Assembly (NCBI GenBank): GCA_044892525.1
Contig: CM097885.1
Location: 21,268,001-21,332,000 of the forward strand
DNA length: 64,000 nt
Reading direction: 5' to 3'
From: Schmidtea polychroa
Lineage: Eukaryota
In this document: piece after piece, positions 22,561-36,687 of the stretch
Position numbering within the stretch: position 1 is the stretch's first letter
Layout of the letters: each line of letters opens with the position of its first letter
Position numbers and translations under genes: made by a program
The notes under the pieces: model-generated
The model's input: the letters and a program-made list of their open reading frames with translations, nothing else
Told to the model about the DNA's origin: nothing
The model's database searches: none

Positions 22561-23275
22561 AAAAGCTATTGAGACCATGTTTTAAAATAACAGTTTTAAA
22601 ATAACAGTTCCTACAAGATTGAAATTGGCGTTTCTGTATGACCTATTTTTTCGTAATATACATAATATTTTGAGTTGGTCTACATATTTTTTAGGAGAGG
22701 GCGTTAATCTAGATGGGGTATGGTCTAGAAGAGACACATCCGTCTACTTACAGGCACCGGTATTGCAGAAATATGGTGATTTAGTTCATACATTTAAAAG
22801 AAAATCCTCGATGTATTTCTAATTGTTAGAACTATCGCCCATGCATTGTTTATCTAAGCCAAAATTTACTTACTCATTATAGATTTTATAATTTTCCTTT
22901 TAAATTTTTTCTATGTTAGTAAATTCATTGTTTTCGTCATCAGTCATGAGTAGTCAATTTTAATTGACAGGTGTTTGCTCAGTGTTGCTGTTTATGCGTT
23001 ATATTTTTTGTTGTTTGTATATTAACATAGGTTTAGCTTTATTAAAATAACTATAATAACAATACAATATTTATTCACCTCTTAAGCCGGAAAGGGATAA
23101 AAAAAGCATTTTTCAATTAGATACTCATATCATTCCAATTATAGGTTTCAAATTCTAGATATTCCAATTTTTTCTTTGATCAATAATATTATTTTTAATC
23201 ATTTTTTCTTTTGTTATTTGGCGATATACTATAGAAAATTGATTTTTAACTTTGTTAATTTAGTATAATATTAAA

Positions 23276-23313
<38 letters not shown>

Positions 23314-24119
23314 ATGCACAACCCTATTAATAATAACACATACAAAACACTACATAACTTCCCTCTTTAAAACGGCAGGTTAACCAAAGTTTTCAACAAT
23401 AAATATAAAATATTTGTATTTGCTATTTACATTTGTTTGTATTTTTGTTTTGTTTATGTTTAGTTTGTAGTGTAGCGTGTGTAATACAAACAATAGATAG
23501 ATTAAACATAAAAAGCGTACAGTTTACATTTGTTTACGTGTTTAACTTTAGCTTATTTGTTTATGTTATTTCATTTGAAGCAGTTACTGTACCGTTTTCT
23601 GTATGTTTTTGGAGTATGGGTGTTTTTGTCGGAAACTATTCTGTTAGGACGCCAGATTTTGATCCTACCTGGTTTTTCATCATAGCCACTGTTACCTCTG
23701 TGTGAACAAACCTTTCCAAATCTGCACATCACCACAACGCAGGGAAATACTCGTCTGATCTCATCTCATATTTTTAACCGTCATAGAAAAATAATTTAAC
23801 AATTTAACAATTTATTACCATATCAACCACATAAAATTGACCATAAAAATAACACATAAATAATAAATTAATTACCATTGAACGAGCATAAATTCCGAAG
23901 ATCCGAAAAACTGAGTGTTGAGTTCTCGATAATTGATATTCTCTACCTTACTGGTTCCTATATATGTCTATCAAATATAAAATAACATGAAGATGTTTGT
24001 TTCAAAAATCTATTTATAAATGAAATTAAATGGAATTAAATGAAACTAAATCGTAAACATGACTTTTTTGTTGTGTCTGTCATATATTGAAGTCTAGAAT
24101 GTATTAACCGTACACTATA

Positions 24120-24747
24120 CAGTACTGGTTTAATTTTTGGGTGACTAAACTGATTTTATCAACGCTATTTATACTAAATTTATTGTATGTAAGTTTTATT
24201 TTATTTTATTATCCTATTCAATTTTTTATTTTGTGAGATTATTTATTTTTATTATTATCATATTATTATATGAGATGAAATTATTGTATTACTCCAGCTG
24301 GCTATAATTTACTTTATTATTTTTATCGTGATGTTATTTTATATGAGATCTCTTTTTCGTGAGATTATTATATTACTCCATCTACCATAATATATTTCAT
24401 TGAAATTAATAACAAGAACTGTTTAATAAAGTATAAATTTATATATAAAATATACCCCATCTCTATAAAATATAAAATATACCCCATCTCTAAAACAAGA
24501 CAAAATAATAATATTCCATAAATTATCCCACATTAATAAAACAAAACAAAATGATAATTATACATAAAACAAGGTGATTATTATAGATTGTTAATCACGA
24601 ATTGTGCGGGTAGAAAGAATTGTTATTATGAATTGTCATACATTGCGATTACGAATTATGTGATTTCACATAGATATTCACTCGGGCATGTTCGATAGTT
24701 TTTTGTTAGATCGATTTCTTTAGTAAGCAGACCCCTGTCATCCAAAA
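24120..24747 (-). repeat. Diverged copy of exonuclease 3' end plus LTR-like TATA/hairpin terminus
   Basis: LDDRGLLTKEIDLTKNYRT (24690-24745) vs LDDRGRKIKEFELTHYYRT; TTTTGGGTGACTAAACTGATTTT..CGCTATTTATAC at ~24135-24174. Confidence 0.75.
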
Positions 24748-25515
24748 AGAGCATAAAATTTAACAAGTTGAATAATTCTACCTAGTTGAAATACTGAAAT
24801 ATTGATTGGTATTTATATCAATTTGTGATGTCCACCCACGCATTCTCTGACACTTGGAAATCTAGTTGGAAATTTAGTTGGATGTGCATTCATAAATTAG
24901 TACTGTCAGATCGATGTAATTTAAGTTGAATGCAACTTTTTGATATTTAATTGATTTTGGTGGGATACGAGTAAAGGAAACTTTCTTAGTTCTATATGAT
25001 CTATCCGGTTTAAGCTTTCAGCCTCACTCCTTGCAACTGTGCATAATTATAATCAATGTTTCTCAACCTGTTTTTTTGAAATTTCTTTAAAAAATAGTCA
25101 AAATTACTAGGTTTTTGAACTGTGATACTACACATGTAGCTATTTGGAATATATTTTATAACTTATTGCTGGCGTTCAGTTGAAAAAAATAAGGTTAACG
25201 GTAGATCTTTGGCTCCTTACTCCAAACCCTCATGATTTGGATGTTCGCGATCAGTGTCTTAAAACTATTCCCCTGGCGGGTTAGGGTCCTTGACTGCTGT
25301 TAGGTCTTACATCGATTTATCACTGCTTTATCAGAGACTGTTATAATAGCATCAATTATTGGTTTTTCAAATTGTGTTGTCATATAATTAAAGTTTTGTT
25401 CCTGTATTTTTTTAAGAATTAAATTTTTATTCTAAATATTTTCTGAATATTTGTTAATTTGCAATAATTAATAAATTTATTGATATCATAATCATTTAAA
25501 TTTCTACCCATTTTA

Positions 25516-26243
25516 TTAATGAATTATTTTTTCATAAACTTTTTCATTCTCTTTGTCTAATGCAATATAATTATATTTTTTAGATAGATGATTTTCAAAG
25601 CTATTAAATTCTGTCTTGTCAAAAATATTACTAAATAAATTATAATAAATACAATCTTTATTTCTTTTTCCTAATTGAAAGATGAAAAAATTAGAATTAC
25701 CTCTAATACTTCTAGATGGTAAATCATAATAGTTTTGAGCTAAATAAATTACATAATAATTATTATGTCGATCTCGAATAAAATAAATTTCCATAATTTG
25801 TTAATTTTTCATATTGATGCAATCATTGAAAATTATTAAATTCTTACGAGTACGATTTAGCTTTTCACAAGGAATGATTTCATGGTAATTATTACTCATT
25901 AATACTGTAATTTTAGTGTTGTATTGTTTTATAGAGTATAAATTCTCACAAATCTATAATATATGTATTATCGGGAATTCTATATTGTTCCTGAAATAAA
26001 CTCACAATATATTGCTTTAATATACCACAATTATATCCATGAAAAGTTATTTGTATTTCAGGTTTATCAATATGTTTACTAAAAATTATTAAATTATTAG
26101 TCTAGAAAAACAGGGGCTAAAATCATTTTTAATAATAAAACTGTTTTTCCAGAACCAAAACTTCCAATAATTAACATTCTAAATGAATTTGGTAAAATAG
26201 AATCATGTTTGAATTTCACAAAGTTTTTATTCCAAGTTGGCAT
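25516..26243 (-). pseudogene. Polinton A32/FtsK-like packaging ATPase
   Basis: LPNSFRMLIIGSFGSGKT (Walker A), NLIIFNDC (Walker B), YFIRDRHNN..IYLAQNYYDLP.RSIRGNSN; disrupted. Confidence 0.88.
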
Positions 26244-26343
26244 GAATGACTTTTTATTAATAAAAAATTAGTTCTTGTGTGGAGTAAGATAAATTCCAAG
26301 TTTCTTTAAAAACTCTTTATTTCTATCTATAGATTTAAAAAAA

Positions 26344-26616
26344 TCATTGATACCATGACCTCGAATCTAAATATACTCCTTTTCCCGAACCCTTTTCGCC
26401 AAGTATTTTTGTCTTTAACGCTTCAGTTAATTGTGATTTTACATTTATAACAGCATTTGTTATTCCAGCTGTTGCACCTACAGCTGCTGTTATATCACCA
26501 AATATTATTGGTAATAATGCTGCTAAAGGAAGACATCCTCCTTTCTCTTCAGTAGCTCGGTTAATTTCTGAAATTTTCTTTTTACTAATATATACTCTTA
26601 CCATTTTATTTAGCAT
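26344..26616 (-). CDS. Polinton/adintovirus small virion protein (cupiennin-like, KGG-L ... GKGxYL)
   Basis: EKGGCLPLAALLPIIF..AVGATAGITNAV...GSGKGVYL, adjacent to the ATPase. Confidence 0.7.
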   Translation of the reverse strand: MLNKMVRVYISKKKISEINRATEEKGGCLPLAALLPIIFGDITAAVGATAGITNAVINVKSQLTEALKTKILGEKGSGKGVYLDSRSWYQ

Positions 26617-26779
26617 CTGCAGGTTTATTTGTTTCTGCTGAGGTTGTCAAATATCAACTTTATGGGTCTTATATAAATAAGACCACAAACACTGGTTCAA
26701 TACATTTATTTATTTTTCCACAATTGAAAATTTAAAAAAATATAACAATCACCTCTTGATAGTTTTAATTTGTGTTATA

Positions 26780-26785
<6 letters not shown>

Positions 26786-26862
<77 letters not shown>
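26786..26862. repeat. (TA)n microsatellite
   Basis: Direct observation. Confidence 0.98.
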
Positions 26863-26865
<3 letters not shown>

Positions 26866-28107
26866 TGTGTATGTGTATGTGAATGCTTGTAGCTTCCTGA
26901 GCTCGGATGTATGTATGCTCTAAATTATATTGCTATATCAATTTCTGAATTTGCAATTCTTCTTGAAAGCTTTTATTTCAAGGTGATTTGACTGAGAAAT
27001 CAGTCTGCTTATATACTAAAATTTTTGTTGACTTTGCTTTTAAGAATTGTTAATGATTGCTATTGTGGGGCAATTTCATGTTCTTTAAGAGTACAATTCT
27101 ATTTTTAGTATCGCCACGATTCCCTCGGTCTGTTTTCAGGTTGGTTTCTGTGTATCATCATTTTGTAGAATCCGAAAATGAAGTTCAGTAAAATATTTAC
27201 GATATTTTCGGAATTGCTTTTCTTTTCTGTATTTCGATAATTTACATTAAGCAAAATTATAAATTGAAAGATTTGTGTTTGTGCATTGATGTTTATTACT
27301 GTATATATTTGAAATATATTTAATTAGATATAAAAAGGCTTTATATTTTCTATTTTTTTGATAATTAATGACAGAGTTTATAATAATGTGTTCTTAATAT
27401 TATTTGTCTAATCGAATGATTTCTTTCAGTTTTTTGTAATAAATTTTTTTTAATTGAAATAAAAATCCAATAAATGACCAAAAACAAACACTCTTGCACT
27501 TAGTGTAATGAACAATAAACACAAAGGTAAACTGATTTTAAATACATTTTTTGTTGAGTTGTGCCATTGCGCATATAATAATAATATTTATAATAATAAT
27601 AATAATAAGATAGATGATAATATCAAAATAATAACAAACAACAAATGATTAATAATAATAAATAATAATAAGCAACACAAATAAATATCATCATTTTCTA
27701 TCATTTATTTATTATCGACAAATTTATAAAATATACAGTTTATGTATATTATAATAAACCAATAAATCAACAAACTATAATTATAGCTTAATAAATAAGT
27801 TGATTAATCACATCTAAATTGTTTATAGTCAAATATAAGTTATTACCACAATATAATTATGTTTATCTCATTAATCATATAGATATTATTGATTATTGTT
27901 TACATATATATTTATTGTTTTTATTTGTACCCATTATGTAGTGTTTAAGTTTTAAAATCTTCTAACCTTTCTATTATTTTTCTTATTTTCACTTCAAGAT
28001 CGTTCGATGTTTTTGGTTCTGAAAGCTTTTAAAGATCGTCCTGAAAGAATTTTGCTTCCATCTTAAATACTAGAATTAAAAAAATTAGATAAATTTCTTT
28101 GTTTTGA

Positions 28108-28530
28108 CTAATGGACGACTGAAACAGGTGTCGGAACATTGATGTCGATTAATGGAAAAGGAGCTGGTTTTCGGTTCCTCGGGCTTGAGGTTCGAGCGAA
28201 AGGAGCTGCCATCCACGAGGAACACCCAATATACGAGGTCGGAACTAGAAATCCTGGTGTTAGGTTATGTACGGGAATGACCGTATCTTCACTTACGGCT
28301 TTATACCTGGAGACACGTGTCGACAGTTCCTTGGCCGTATATACTTGGAACACGGCCTGAGATTGCTTCTGTACCAGAGCTTGTGGCGCCCGGTCTTCGG
28401 TTATGATACTGTCTCGACTGTGCTCAAGGTGAAATAATTGTTTGATTTTCTCCATCATCTGGAGAGGGTTAAACCACGTCCCCTCCAGGTGGTCGATCTT
28501 TACCCGGGGTAGACTGTTCTCCTCTCTCAA
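28108..28530 (-). pseudogene. Coiled-coil TWF protein, type 2 paralogue (truncated)
   Basis: KIDHLEGTWFNPLQM..LEHSRDSII..VYTAKELSTRV. Confidence 0.7.
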
Positions 28531-28898
28531 TTTGTTGTTGGCTGCATACTATTCTCAAGATTAATACCGCAATGATGTTTTACCCATAAAAACGGGTGAT
28601 TTGCATAACAATACTGATAATATATATATATGAGGTTTGCTGGTCATAGCGATATACGCGGTAATATTTGAAAGCATTTTGATGCAGTTCTCTTAGAAGA
28701 AAATTTGTTTATTAAGAATAAATTCAAATAGGTAAAAGGTCCCGATGTAATTTGTGAATAAATTATATCAATAAAAAATCTCTTTTTAAAACAACCACTT
28801 TCCAGCAAAATCTAAATCTTCTTTTAAAAAAATCAATTTACAACCACAAAAAATTCCATTAATTAACCTTTTAAATAAAATTCAAATATACCAATTCT

Positions 28899-29009
28899 TC
28901 GCGTCTGTGTGTGCACGTCAATTTGAAAACTATTCCGCACACAGACGCGACAAAAACCAAAGCAAAAACTGCCAGTCAGAGGTAGACGTCATTCCCCCCT
29001 CTGACTGGT
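28899..29009. promoter_or_regulatory. Twin GC-rich hairpins, each with ACGTCA in the loop
   Basis: TCGCGTCTGTGTG/CACACAGACGCGA (13 bp, 28899-28950) and CCAGTCAGAGG/CCTCTGACTGG (11 bp, 28972-29008). Confidence 0.55.
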
Positions 29010-30771
29010 CGAAACAATATTAATTCCAATGACCCTGAACGGCGATAATGATAATGACATTAATTAACTCACAATGGTAACCTACAGCGCCATTAGCAGT
29101 AATATCGGAAGGTAATATACGGATGACGTGGCTGATGAGAGGAAACGTATAATAAATATGAGATTGTTTGAAAATTGCTAAATATTTATTAATAGAAATT
29201 ATTTAAATTATGCTAATCTACCGCGTTCATCTCTCCTTCCTCATTGGTAGGGAATTCCTGTTCATGTATCGCATTCTCAACAATGCAACTTCAGCTTCAT
29301 ATTGAAATAAGAGAATCTCCATCCTTTCGAGCTTACTTTTACATATCATATCCCCTTGTTCCCAAATCATTGATTTTTCTCTCGATTGTTTTTATTTCTT
29401 TCATTTTGTTTCCTTATTCTTTAATTGATCGTCTTCTTGGACCTCCCGAAGTTATTTATAAATAAAATCATCTTAAACACTTTTTATTGCACAAGGCCAA
29501 GCACATCACAACGAATTCCGATCAAACAAAGTAACTAATCTATATGCATATTTTTCCATAAGTATGCTAATTTTATAAAATTTATTAACACGCACTCAAT
29601 TTTATAATATAGTTTTTATATGGTGGTTTCGATCACAGAAAGAATTACTACCGTTACTTGTCTCTTTTGGCACAATACGATTGTTATTGTTATAAATATT
29701 GGTGATATGATAGAAAGGACATTATAATATTCACAGATAATTAAAGTTTGGTTAAACATCAATTCGAAGTAGTTTTGTCGAATGTTGTAAGATTGATTGT
29801 GAGGTGGGAATTTGGTAAAAGGTGAGAATTTGATTGTTGGGTTTGAAATTAGAATTACAGAGAATCGGAGTGTATTCCGAAATCATTAATGATAGCTCTA
29901 AATATTGGTGGAAAAGTTGAATAATTTCAAGAGCACTGGGGAACGTAAAGTTGTCAAAATTACGACGAAAAGCTGCAGAAAAAATGGGAAATAATGGGAT
30001 TATTGTACTGACTTACAAAGGAATGGGGTTAGACGAATATTTAGTTAATTACGGATTTAATCCAAATCACATAAATAATGTTAAATAATGCCAACCAGGT
30101 AATTCCTCGAAAAACTAAATCAGCGTATTATTTACAAGAATATCGATTAAATAACTAAATAACATACTCCATTACATCACATTAAATTCAAGCGGTTTAC
30201 CGTTCTGCCCTGTTCTGAGTTCAGTTTACCTAAATGCTGAATATATTATGGGGTTTAAAAAGAAAAACAACGTGAGTCGATATTTAATAAATGCAACCGT
30301 TGATCGCGCTGCTCACTACAACTGCGCCCAAGAAAGAAGTAAGGAACTCGAGTATAAGACCCGGAAACAATACTTTTTACTCCGATGTAGTTGGGTCGAG
30401 GAACGAAGCATGGGTTAAAAATTTCTTTGACTATCAAGAAATTTAAAAGATTGAAAATTTTATAAATATAATTATGCGTGTTTAAAATTTAAACAAGAAA
30501 AATAAATAAATTGAGGAATTTAAACAATCCGAAATTAATCAAATAAAGAATGTAACTGTTATTTACAATTTTTTTGTAATCATCTGAATCTATGCTACTC
30601 AAGTAAAATTAGCGGGTTTTTTAAGAAATTTGAATTTAAAAAAATTTAATTTAATAAAATATAATATTATATAGTATAGTTAAAATTTCAATAGAAATAT
30701 GATGTAGTGAGAACCCTATGGGGAGCTACTCAAATAAATAAAGATATGAATAAATAAATATGTAATTATAT

Positions 30772-30876
<105 letters not shown>

Positions 30877-31805
30877 CTCGAACTTCGGGATCTAAGACCT
30901 TCAGGGAAAATTACCTCGCCGCCTGCAGCCTGGCGTAACAGCGTAAGAGGTAATTTGAAAAATATTTTTAAAAATAAAAAACTTATATATGAAGATTTGT
31001 AGTGAGCAAGAAGAGTGGATTATAATTATTATTAATAGTTATCATCATTATAATTGCTGTAATTATCATAATAATAATAATATTATTATTATTATTAATA
31101 TTATTATTATTATTATTATTATTGTTATTACATTAAATGAAATTAAATGTGATAAAACTCAATATAGATTCAAAATACTTACACTGTGTAAAACAATCCC
31201 TTTCCAGATATACATCTTTATAATTTATAACGCTAGCACGGATAAAGAATTATCTCTATAAAAACAGATTCGATGCTTTCAATTCAAACAATTCAAAGCT
31301 TTACAATGTGTAGAATATATTGGAAAGTTTCCATAAAATCATCAAATTAAAACAGTCCAGAGCTCCGTGGTGTTTTAAGTGTGTTGGCAAGTTCTAAAAA
31401 AATATCTTTCGTGGTAGATTTTCATGAGACTCATTTTGTGAGGAGTGTTTTGAGTTGGAGGTAGGGGACAAATCATAAATTATAAATTATAAATCATTTC
31501 AAAAAAATAAAGAATAAAATAAGAATAAACCATCTAAATTATCTGGATGGAATGAATGTTGGTAATTGCGGGAGTGGCCTTTGGCGGTTGTTTTGGGAGA
31601 AAATAAATTTTATAAGTAAAAAGTCCAATTTAAAAAGTGCCACTTGACATTCCGGGATCCAATCAAAAAAAAATAATATGCATAATTCGAGAGACACATA
31701 AGTGCCAATGGAATAAAATTTTGCTATTTGGACGATAGCGGGAAAATAAATTAAAATCACTAAAGTGCCGAAATAAAAATAAGAAAAAGGCATTATTGGA
31801 AAAAA

Positions 31806-31898
<93 letters not shown>
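31806..31898. repeat. (ATT)n microsatellite
   Basis: Direct observation; similar AAT/ATT tracts at ~9050, 12090, 23276, 60112 and 62075. Confidence 0.98.
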
Positions 31899-31903
<5 letters not shown>

Positions 31904-32467
31904 TACTGTTACTACAGTTTATTATCACATTTTAGTTAAGGATTTGAAAATCAAGTACTAATTAATTATTATAATAAAGAAATCATGACAAGTATAATTT
32001 GATGGTCCAGGAAAATGCTAGTTGAGTTTGTGTTATGCTCATATGTAAATAGTGGGAATGTGTTATCATTATTGTGATTAGTATTGTTATTAGTACTATT
32101 ATCACTATAGTGGTTGTGAGTATGATTATTACAATTATTGGTGTATTTGGCATTATTAGTATGATGGTTGTCATTTTTAAAATATAATCATTATCATAAT
32201 TATCATTATTATATCAAAATATTATATTACTTTTACGGAATAATTATTGTTATTGGTAAAATACTAACATTATTAGTATTAGTATAATTAGTAGATAGTT
32301 ATGTGTACTACAGATCCATGTGCTCTCCAGATCTAGATACCCCCCTCTACTTTTTTAAAACTTTGTTTTAATTATCGATTATGTAATTATTCTAATTTTG
32401 TTTAAATCATTGATTACATCATAATGTTGGGTAGTCGACTAGGTCCACAAGAGTTTACAAGTTACCA

Positions 32468-32648
32468 GGGGATTATGGTCGAGAAACGAGAAATAGCTCT
32501 ACACCATTTTATGCTGACCGCTAATCAAAAACCCAAAAGATTACTCTCTCATCATGACAGCCATGATATACATCATGTTGGTGCTGTGCCATGATGGCGA
32601 GATAAGATGAAGCAGGTGAGCCCCTGCCTTAAGACTACTCCTTCACCC
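32468..32648 (+). ncRNA. Conserved structured motif, diverged copy E
   Basis: Core 32553-32593 CATGACAG-C-CATGAT-atac-ATCATG-TTGGTGCT-GTGCCATG; GATTA/TAATC outer stem; GGTGAG/TTCACC. Confidence 0.55.
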
Positions 32649-32939
32649 CATCTCGACTTCTTCGTTTTCTGACGGACGATCGAAGGTCTTACGTCACCCG
32701 CGTCGAAATTCAGTGAAATCCATTTTTCTGACATTACGTTGTTCGCCTAGAAATCTTCATTATCAGCATGTTCCATATCAAAATAAATAACTTCAACAAT
32801 AACACCAAAACTATAATTAATTATTACAAGATGTAAAACATTGAAGGAATCTCGTCAATGACGACTACACAAGAACAAAAATCACAAACAGCACACAGAG
32901 TCAAAGACGCATTACACGATTGCACATACGGGATCATAA

Positions 32940-33470
32940 CATAGGCGCAATCAATCACAAAGTAGGCGGAGACGTGCCAGCAAATAGTTCGTCCAAGTCG
33001 AAAAAATCAGCAACATCTTCCCATGAGGTACTAGGAGGAGGCACCATTCAAAACTGGCGAGTCGGCACGGTTGACACCCCTGCCTGGGTTTGTAAAGCTG
33101 CCTGGACATTTCAGCTATCAATCTAGCTTCTCGCTCGCCTCGCGTCGGTTGTTCGCGTTTGGAAGTTTTCTGCGGTATCGGGAGAGTGACCGATTCTGGT
33201 AAGACGACGGGCCTTGGAATCGCTTGACTAGTACCTGTGATGCTGATGTCAGGCGTCGTGGGTAACTCGCTACTATGATCATTATATGCGGTTGCTGTTA
33301 CTCCTACGTGTTGTTGTTGTGGATAACTTTTGAAATTCGATGCGTACTATGCCGATATTTTATGTTTGCCGATGAAATACAGATCTCAATTTTTGGAGAA
33401 ATTAAGCTCCAGTTCTTACAAATGGAGAGAAAATGAAGAAGACCTTCCTTAGCCATTGAGAGATTATCTT
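32940..33470 (-). pseudogene. Probable decayed coiled-coil/basic-tail ORF of the same element family
   Basis: Pro/Thr-rich stretch then KREQPTRGEREAR (cf. KRKRHTRAERYKKR at 18.9 kb); lies ~300 bp from motif copy E as in other copies. Confidence 0.35.
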
Positions 33471-34614
33471 CACGATTACACAATATTATTGTCATTGTTA
33501 CGATTATCAAAAAAAATCTCCTGGCGGTGACAGATCAGGGGGAAACCCCCGCGATGACCCGATCTATTCCGCCGCGATTCTGAAACAATGATTGACCTTC
33601 TCGCAAAAGGAACAACGAATGTCCCTCAAGCTGTGACCTTTCAAGTATCAGTTTCGTGGAATATTAGAAAATATAATACCATTGAGCTTCAATAAAATGT
33701 TTAATTGTTTGATCTTTCTTTTGTAAATAAATCATGATTACGTTTAATAAATATTCAATATGAATTTACTTATGAAATAACAGAAAAGAAAACGATCCAT
33801 TAATGTTTAATATTTTTACGAATCTTTAAATTATTTTACATTTGTAAATGTGTTAAAAAATCATGCAACGTACAAATAAAAAGTTTACTGTCTGCCTGAA
33901 ATTCTGAATGATAATAGAATGGATCTCCTTTCGAAAAATTTGCTCTCAAAATGTTGAATCCTCGAGTGATCTGTTGGATGTCTGAATTTGTAGTGTTCCT
34001 TAAGATCTCGATAGTTAGTTGCTGAATGTGGATTGTCCTAAACCTAAAGTTGGATGGTTTTTTAACACTGAAATTTTCATTTCAGTGCTGTGTTTAAATA
34101 GTTAAATGTGAAATGAGCGGGCCAATCAAAATCGAGGCTCGTTAATTTATTTAATTTAATTAAAATCTATTATATATTTTATTGGTTTTTTCAAGTTTTC
34201 TTTACTTTTCTTATAATTTTATTTATTTTCTAAATTTTTTCCATTAACTGTTGTTTTTCCACTTTGGTCGGCTTTTATATTTTGTTTTAATTCTATGTTC
34301 TATTTATTTATGTTTTTATTTAATTACTGGGCTTATTTTATTTTTATTTTCTAATTTGTTTTTATTTTTAGTGGTATTTTTTATTGTTTCTTATTGTTCT
34401 TTTCTCTTTTTTCTTATTTGCGCTGTTTCATAATTTATTTTTGTCTTCTCAGCCCAGCAATAAATATTTTTTTATAAGAATTTTTTATGTCAATATACTT
34501 GAAATTAAATTCTGTATTAAATGAGACTATGACGTAATCAAAATTCTGAAATTTAATTTTTAGTACACCATTTTTGAATTTACACATCTTTCTAAACAAC
34601 TTGAGATATTTTCA

Positions 34615-34900
34615 CTCAAACAATATATAGATAGCATTTTAATCTCTACAAAATGACATCATTATTTACTTCAACTTCACAATAATAACACCTTAAACAA
34701 TGCCCTTTTCAGCCAACTTTTACATACACACATATTTTCAACTTTAAAAAATACAAATTATTCATCTATACTTAAGAAAACCCATTATGATATTAAAAAT
34801 TATATTAAAAGACATATTAAAAGATATATTAAAAACTAAACATTTATTAAAATATCAGAAAAATTCGAGCACTATCTAATCTTCAAATCGGTGATATGAC
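34615..34900 (+). repeat. Dispersed AT-rich repeat, second copy at ~38520-38745
   Basis: CTCAAACAATATATAGATAG..CTCTACAAAATGACATCATTATTTA..ATCTATACTTAAGAAAACC..GGTGATATGA shared. Confidence 0.8.
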
Positions 34901-35248
34901 ATCTTTCTCATCTATTTTATATCCCTGTATTAAAATATTTACAAACCAACATGTTTTAGTTACAAAAATAGTTATCAATAAAGCGAGTAAGGTAGGACAT
35001 TATTTAGAATCAATAAGTAACACACATACCTTAGTGTAATAGATATTCCAATAAACCCACTCACATGCGTATACATAAATATTAAAACACGCACATATTA
35101 ACATTATCTCATTCACACGCACAAATTAATATTATTCAATACATACAAGTCATATACCTAATTCCGAAAGTTAACATAGCCTATAATCTAAATAAAATCA
35201 ATAAATATATATTATAGGAACACACAAACTCACCTGTGTGTAAAATTT

Positions 35249-36624
35249 GGATCAAGGTCAAAATCCCCCCCCCGTAAAAATATTAATAAAATATACAAAA
35301 AAAATAAAAAAACATAAAAAAAGTTAAAAAATATATATTCGTAAAAATGAACAAAATAAAATAAACATAACAATAAAATGAACATTAAAATTAAAATATA
35401 CATAAAATATACAAATTATATACACTTAATAGCAAAATAAATCAACAACAAAACTAAAAAAACATTAAAAGAAAAAGCAAAACCAAAAACCTTTTAATTT
35501 TTGTCATGAATTTTCCCCAATAAAAGACATATTTGAGCATATGAATCATCTTTGTATAAATCCAAAAAAATAAATTCTGTCAACATTTGTTTTCTTCCTT
35601 GTTCGGTTAACCCTTTAGCTGTCTTAATACATAGCTTAAGTTTATTGTTTGCACTCTCTATGTGCTGCGTGTGAACACCATTTTCGGGTGAAACAAAGTG
35701 ATATTTATGACATACAGTCCTATGCTCATAATCATTAATGGTACCGAGAGAGTTGTATGTAGCAAATTCATCGGTGGCTATTATTGAACCTTGCCTAACA
35801 ACTCTTGAAATTATAGGAATTATTGTACCAGCCTTTCTATCAGGCACTATCTCAAAATAACACCTTGAAGGGCTGAAGGATGTATCAGCAATTCCTAAGC
35901 ACCAGACTTGATCTCGTGGAGCTCTTCCTCTGTGACTCTTAACAAGCATGGTTAAGCATGGTTTCATCAATTTGAACGGTGATGCCAGGGCCGCCAAGTA
36001 AAATTGAATTCTCCAAAAAGTGTGATTCGATTGTTTGTAGAAGTATTTTTCTTATTTTACTGAGAGTGTTTTTACTGATCGTTACGTTTTCCAAAATTTT
36101 GTTTTGAGAATCTCCCTTCGACCAGTATAAAATAACCTTTAAAATCTTTTTTATGCAGATTGATATGCCATTTAACCAGCTACCATTTCTTATCGACGTA
36201 GTGGTTTGATATCTGGAACATGTATAGTTCATACATCTCCAGTTATAACTGTCTTGGGAATCTTTCGATGGTTTTAGCACCATATATTCGTCACAATACC
36301 CGAACTGCATTGTTCTTGCGATGAATCTCATGTCAAATAGTTTTTGAATTACTTGTAAGTCAGTCATTAAAATAATCTCTTCTAGTTTTGATTCTATGCG
36401 CATTTCAAATAATTTGTTTTAAATTTTAATTAATTGTTAGTTAATTCTGATTTTAAATGGCATATATACATTTAAACCGTTAATTTATTGGTTATTAATT
36501 TATTATAATTTTATTAATTTATTATTCATTTATTATTTAATTGTTATTTATTTAATATTAATAATATTTATTTAAACAAGGTCAAAATCCCCCCCCCCGC
36601 CTGGTGGGATTTTGACCTTGATCC
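35249..36624 (-). mobile_element. Merlin (IS1595/ISXO2-like) DNA transposon
   Basis: TIRs GGATCAAGGTCAAAATCCC.CC; perfect 8-bp TSD TAAAATTT (35241-48, 36625-32). Confidence 0.95.
35494..36403 (-). pseudogene. Merlin/ISXO2 DDE transposase with a single +1 frameshift
   Basis: LGGPGITVQIDETMLNHAC / KSHRGR, GSIIATDEFATY, HRTVCHKYHFVSPENGVHTQHIES; one extra T at ~35941 separates the halves. Confidence 0.93.
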
Positions 36625-36687
36625 TAAAATTTTAATGCTTCGAAAGTTAACATATTTATTATAGGAATCTAAAAAGTGATAGAAAAA

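Noticed and set aside
29125..29165. CTGATGA-gag-GAAAC minimal hammerhead
   Set aside because: No cleavage triplet and no stem I.
29640..30420. Possible decayed coding region
   Set aside because: Many stops and no motif I can assign; likewise 2830-3600, 21290-21559 and 23430-23780 are left unannotated.
30989..32174. ORFs with poly-N/I/Y tracts (also 12032, 20693, 34251, 39725)
   Set aside because: Translation of microsatellite or T-rich low-complexity DNA.
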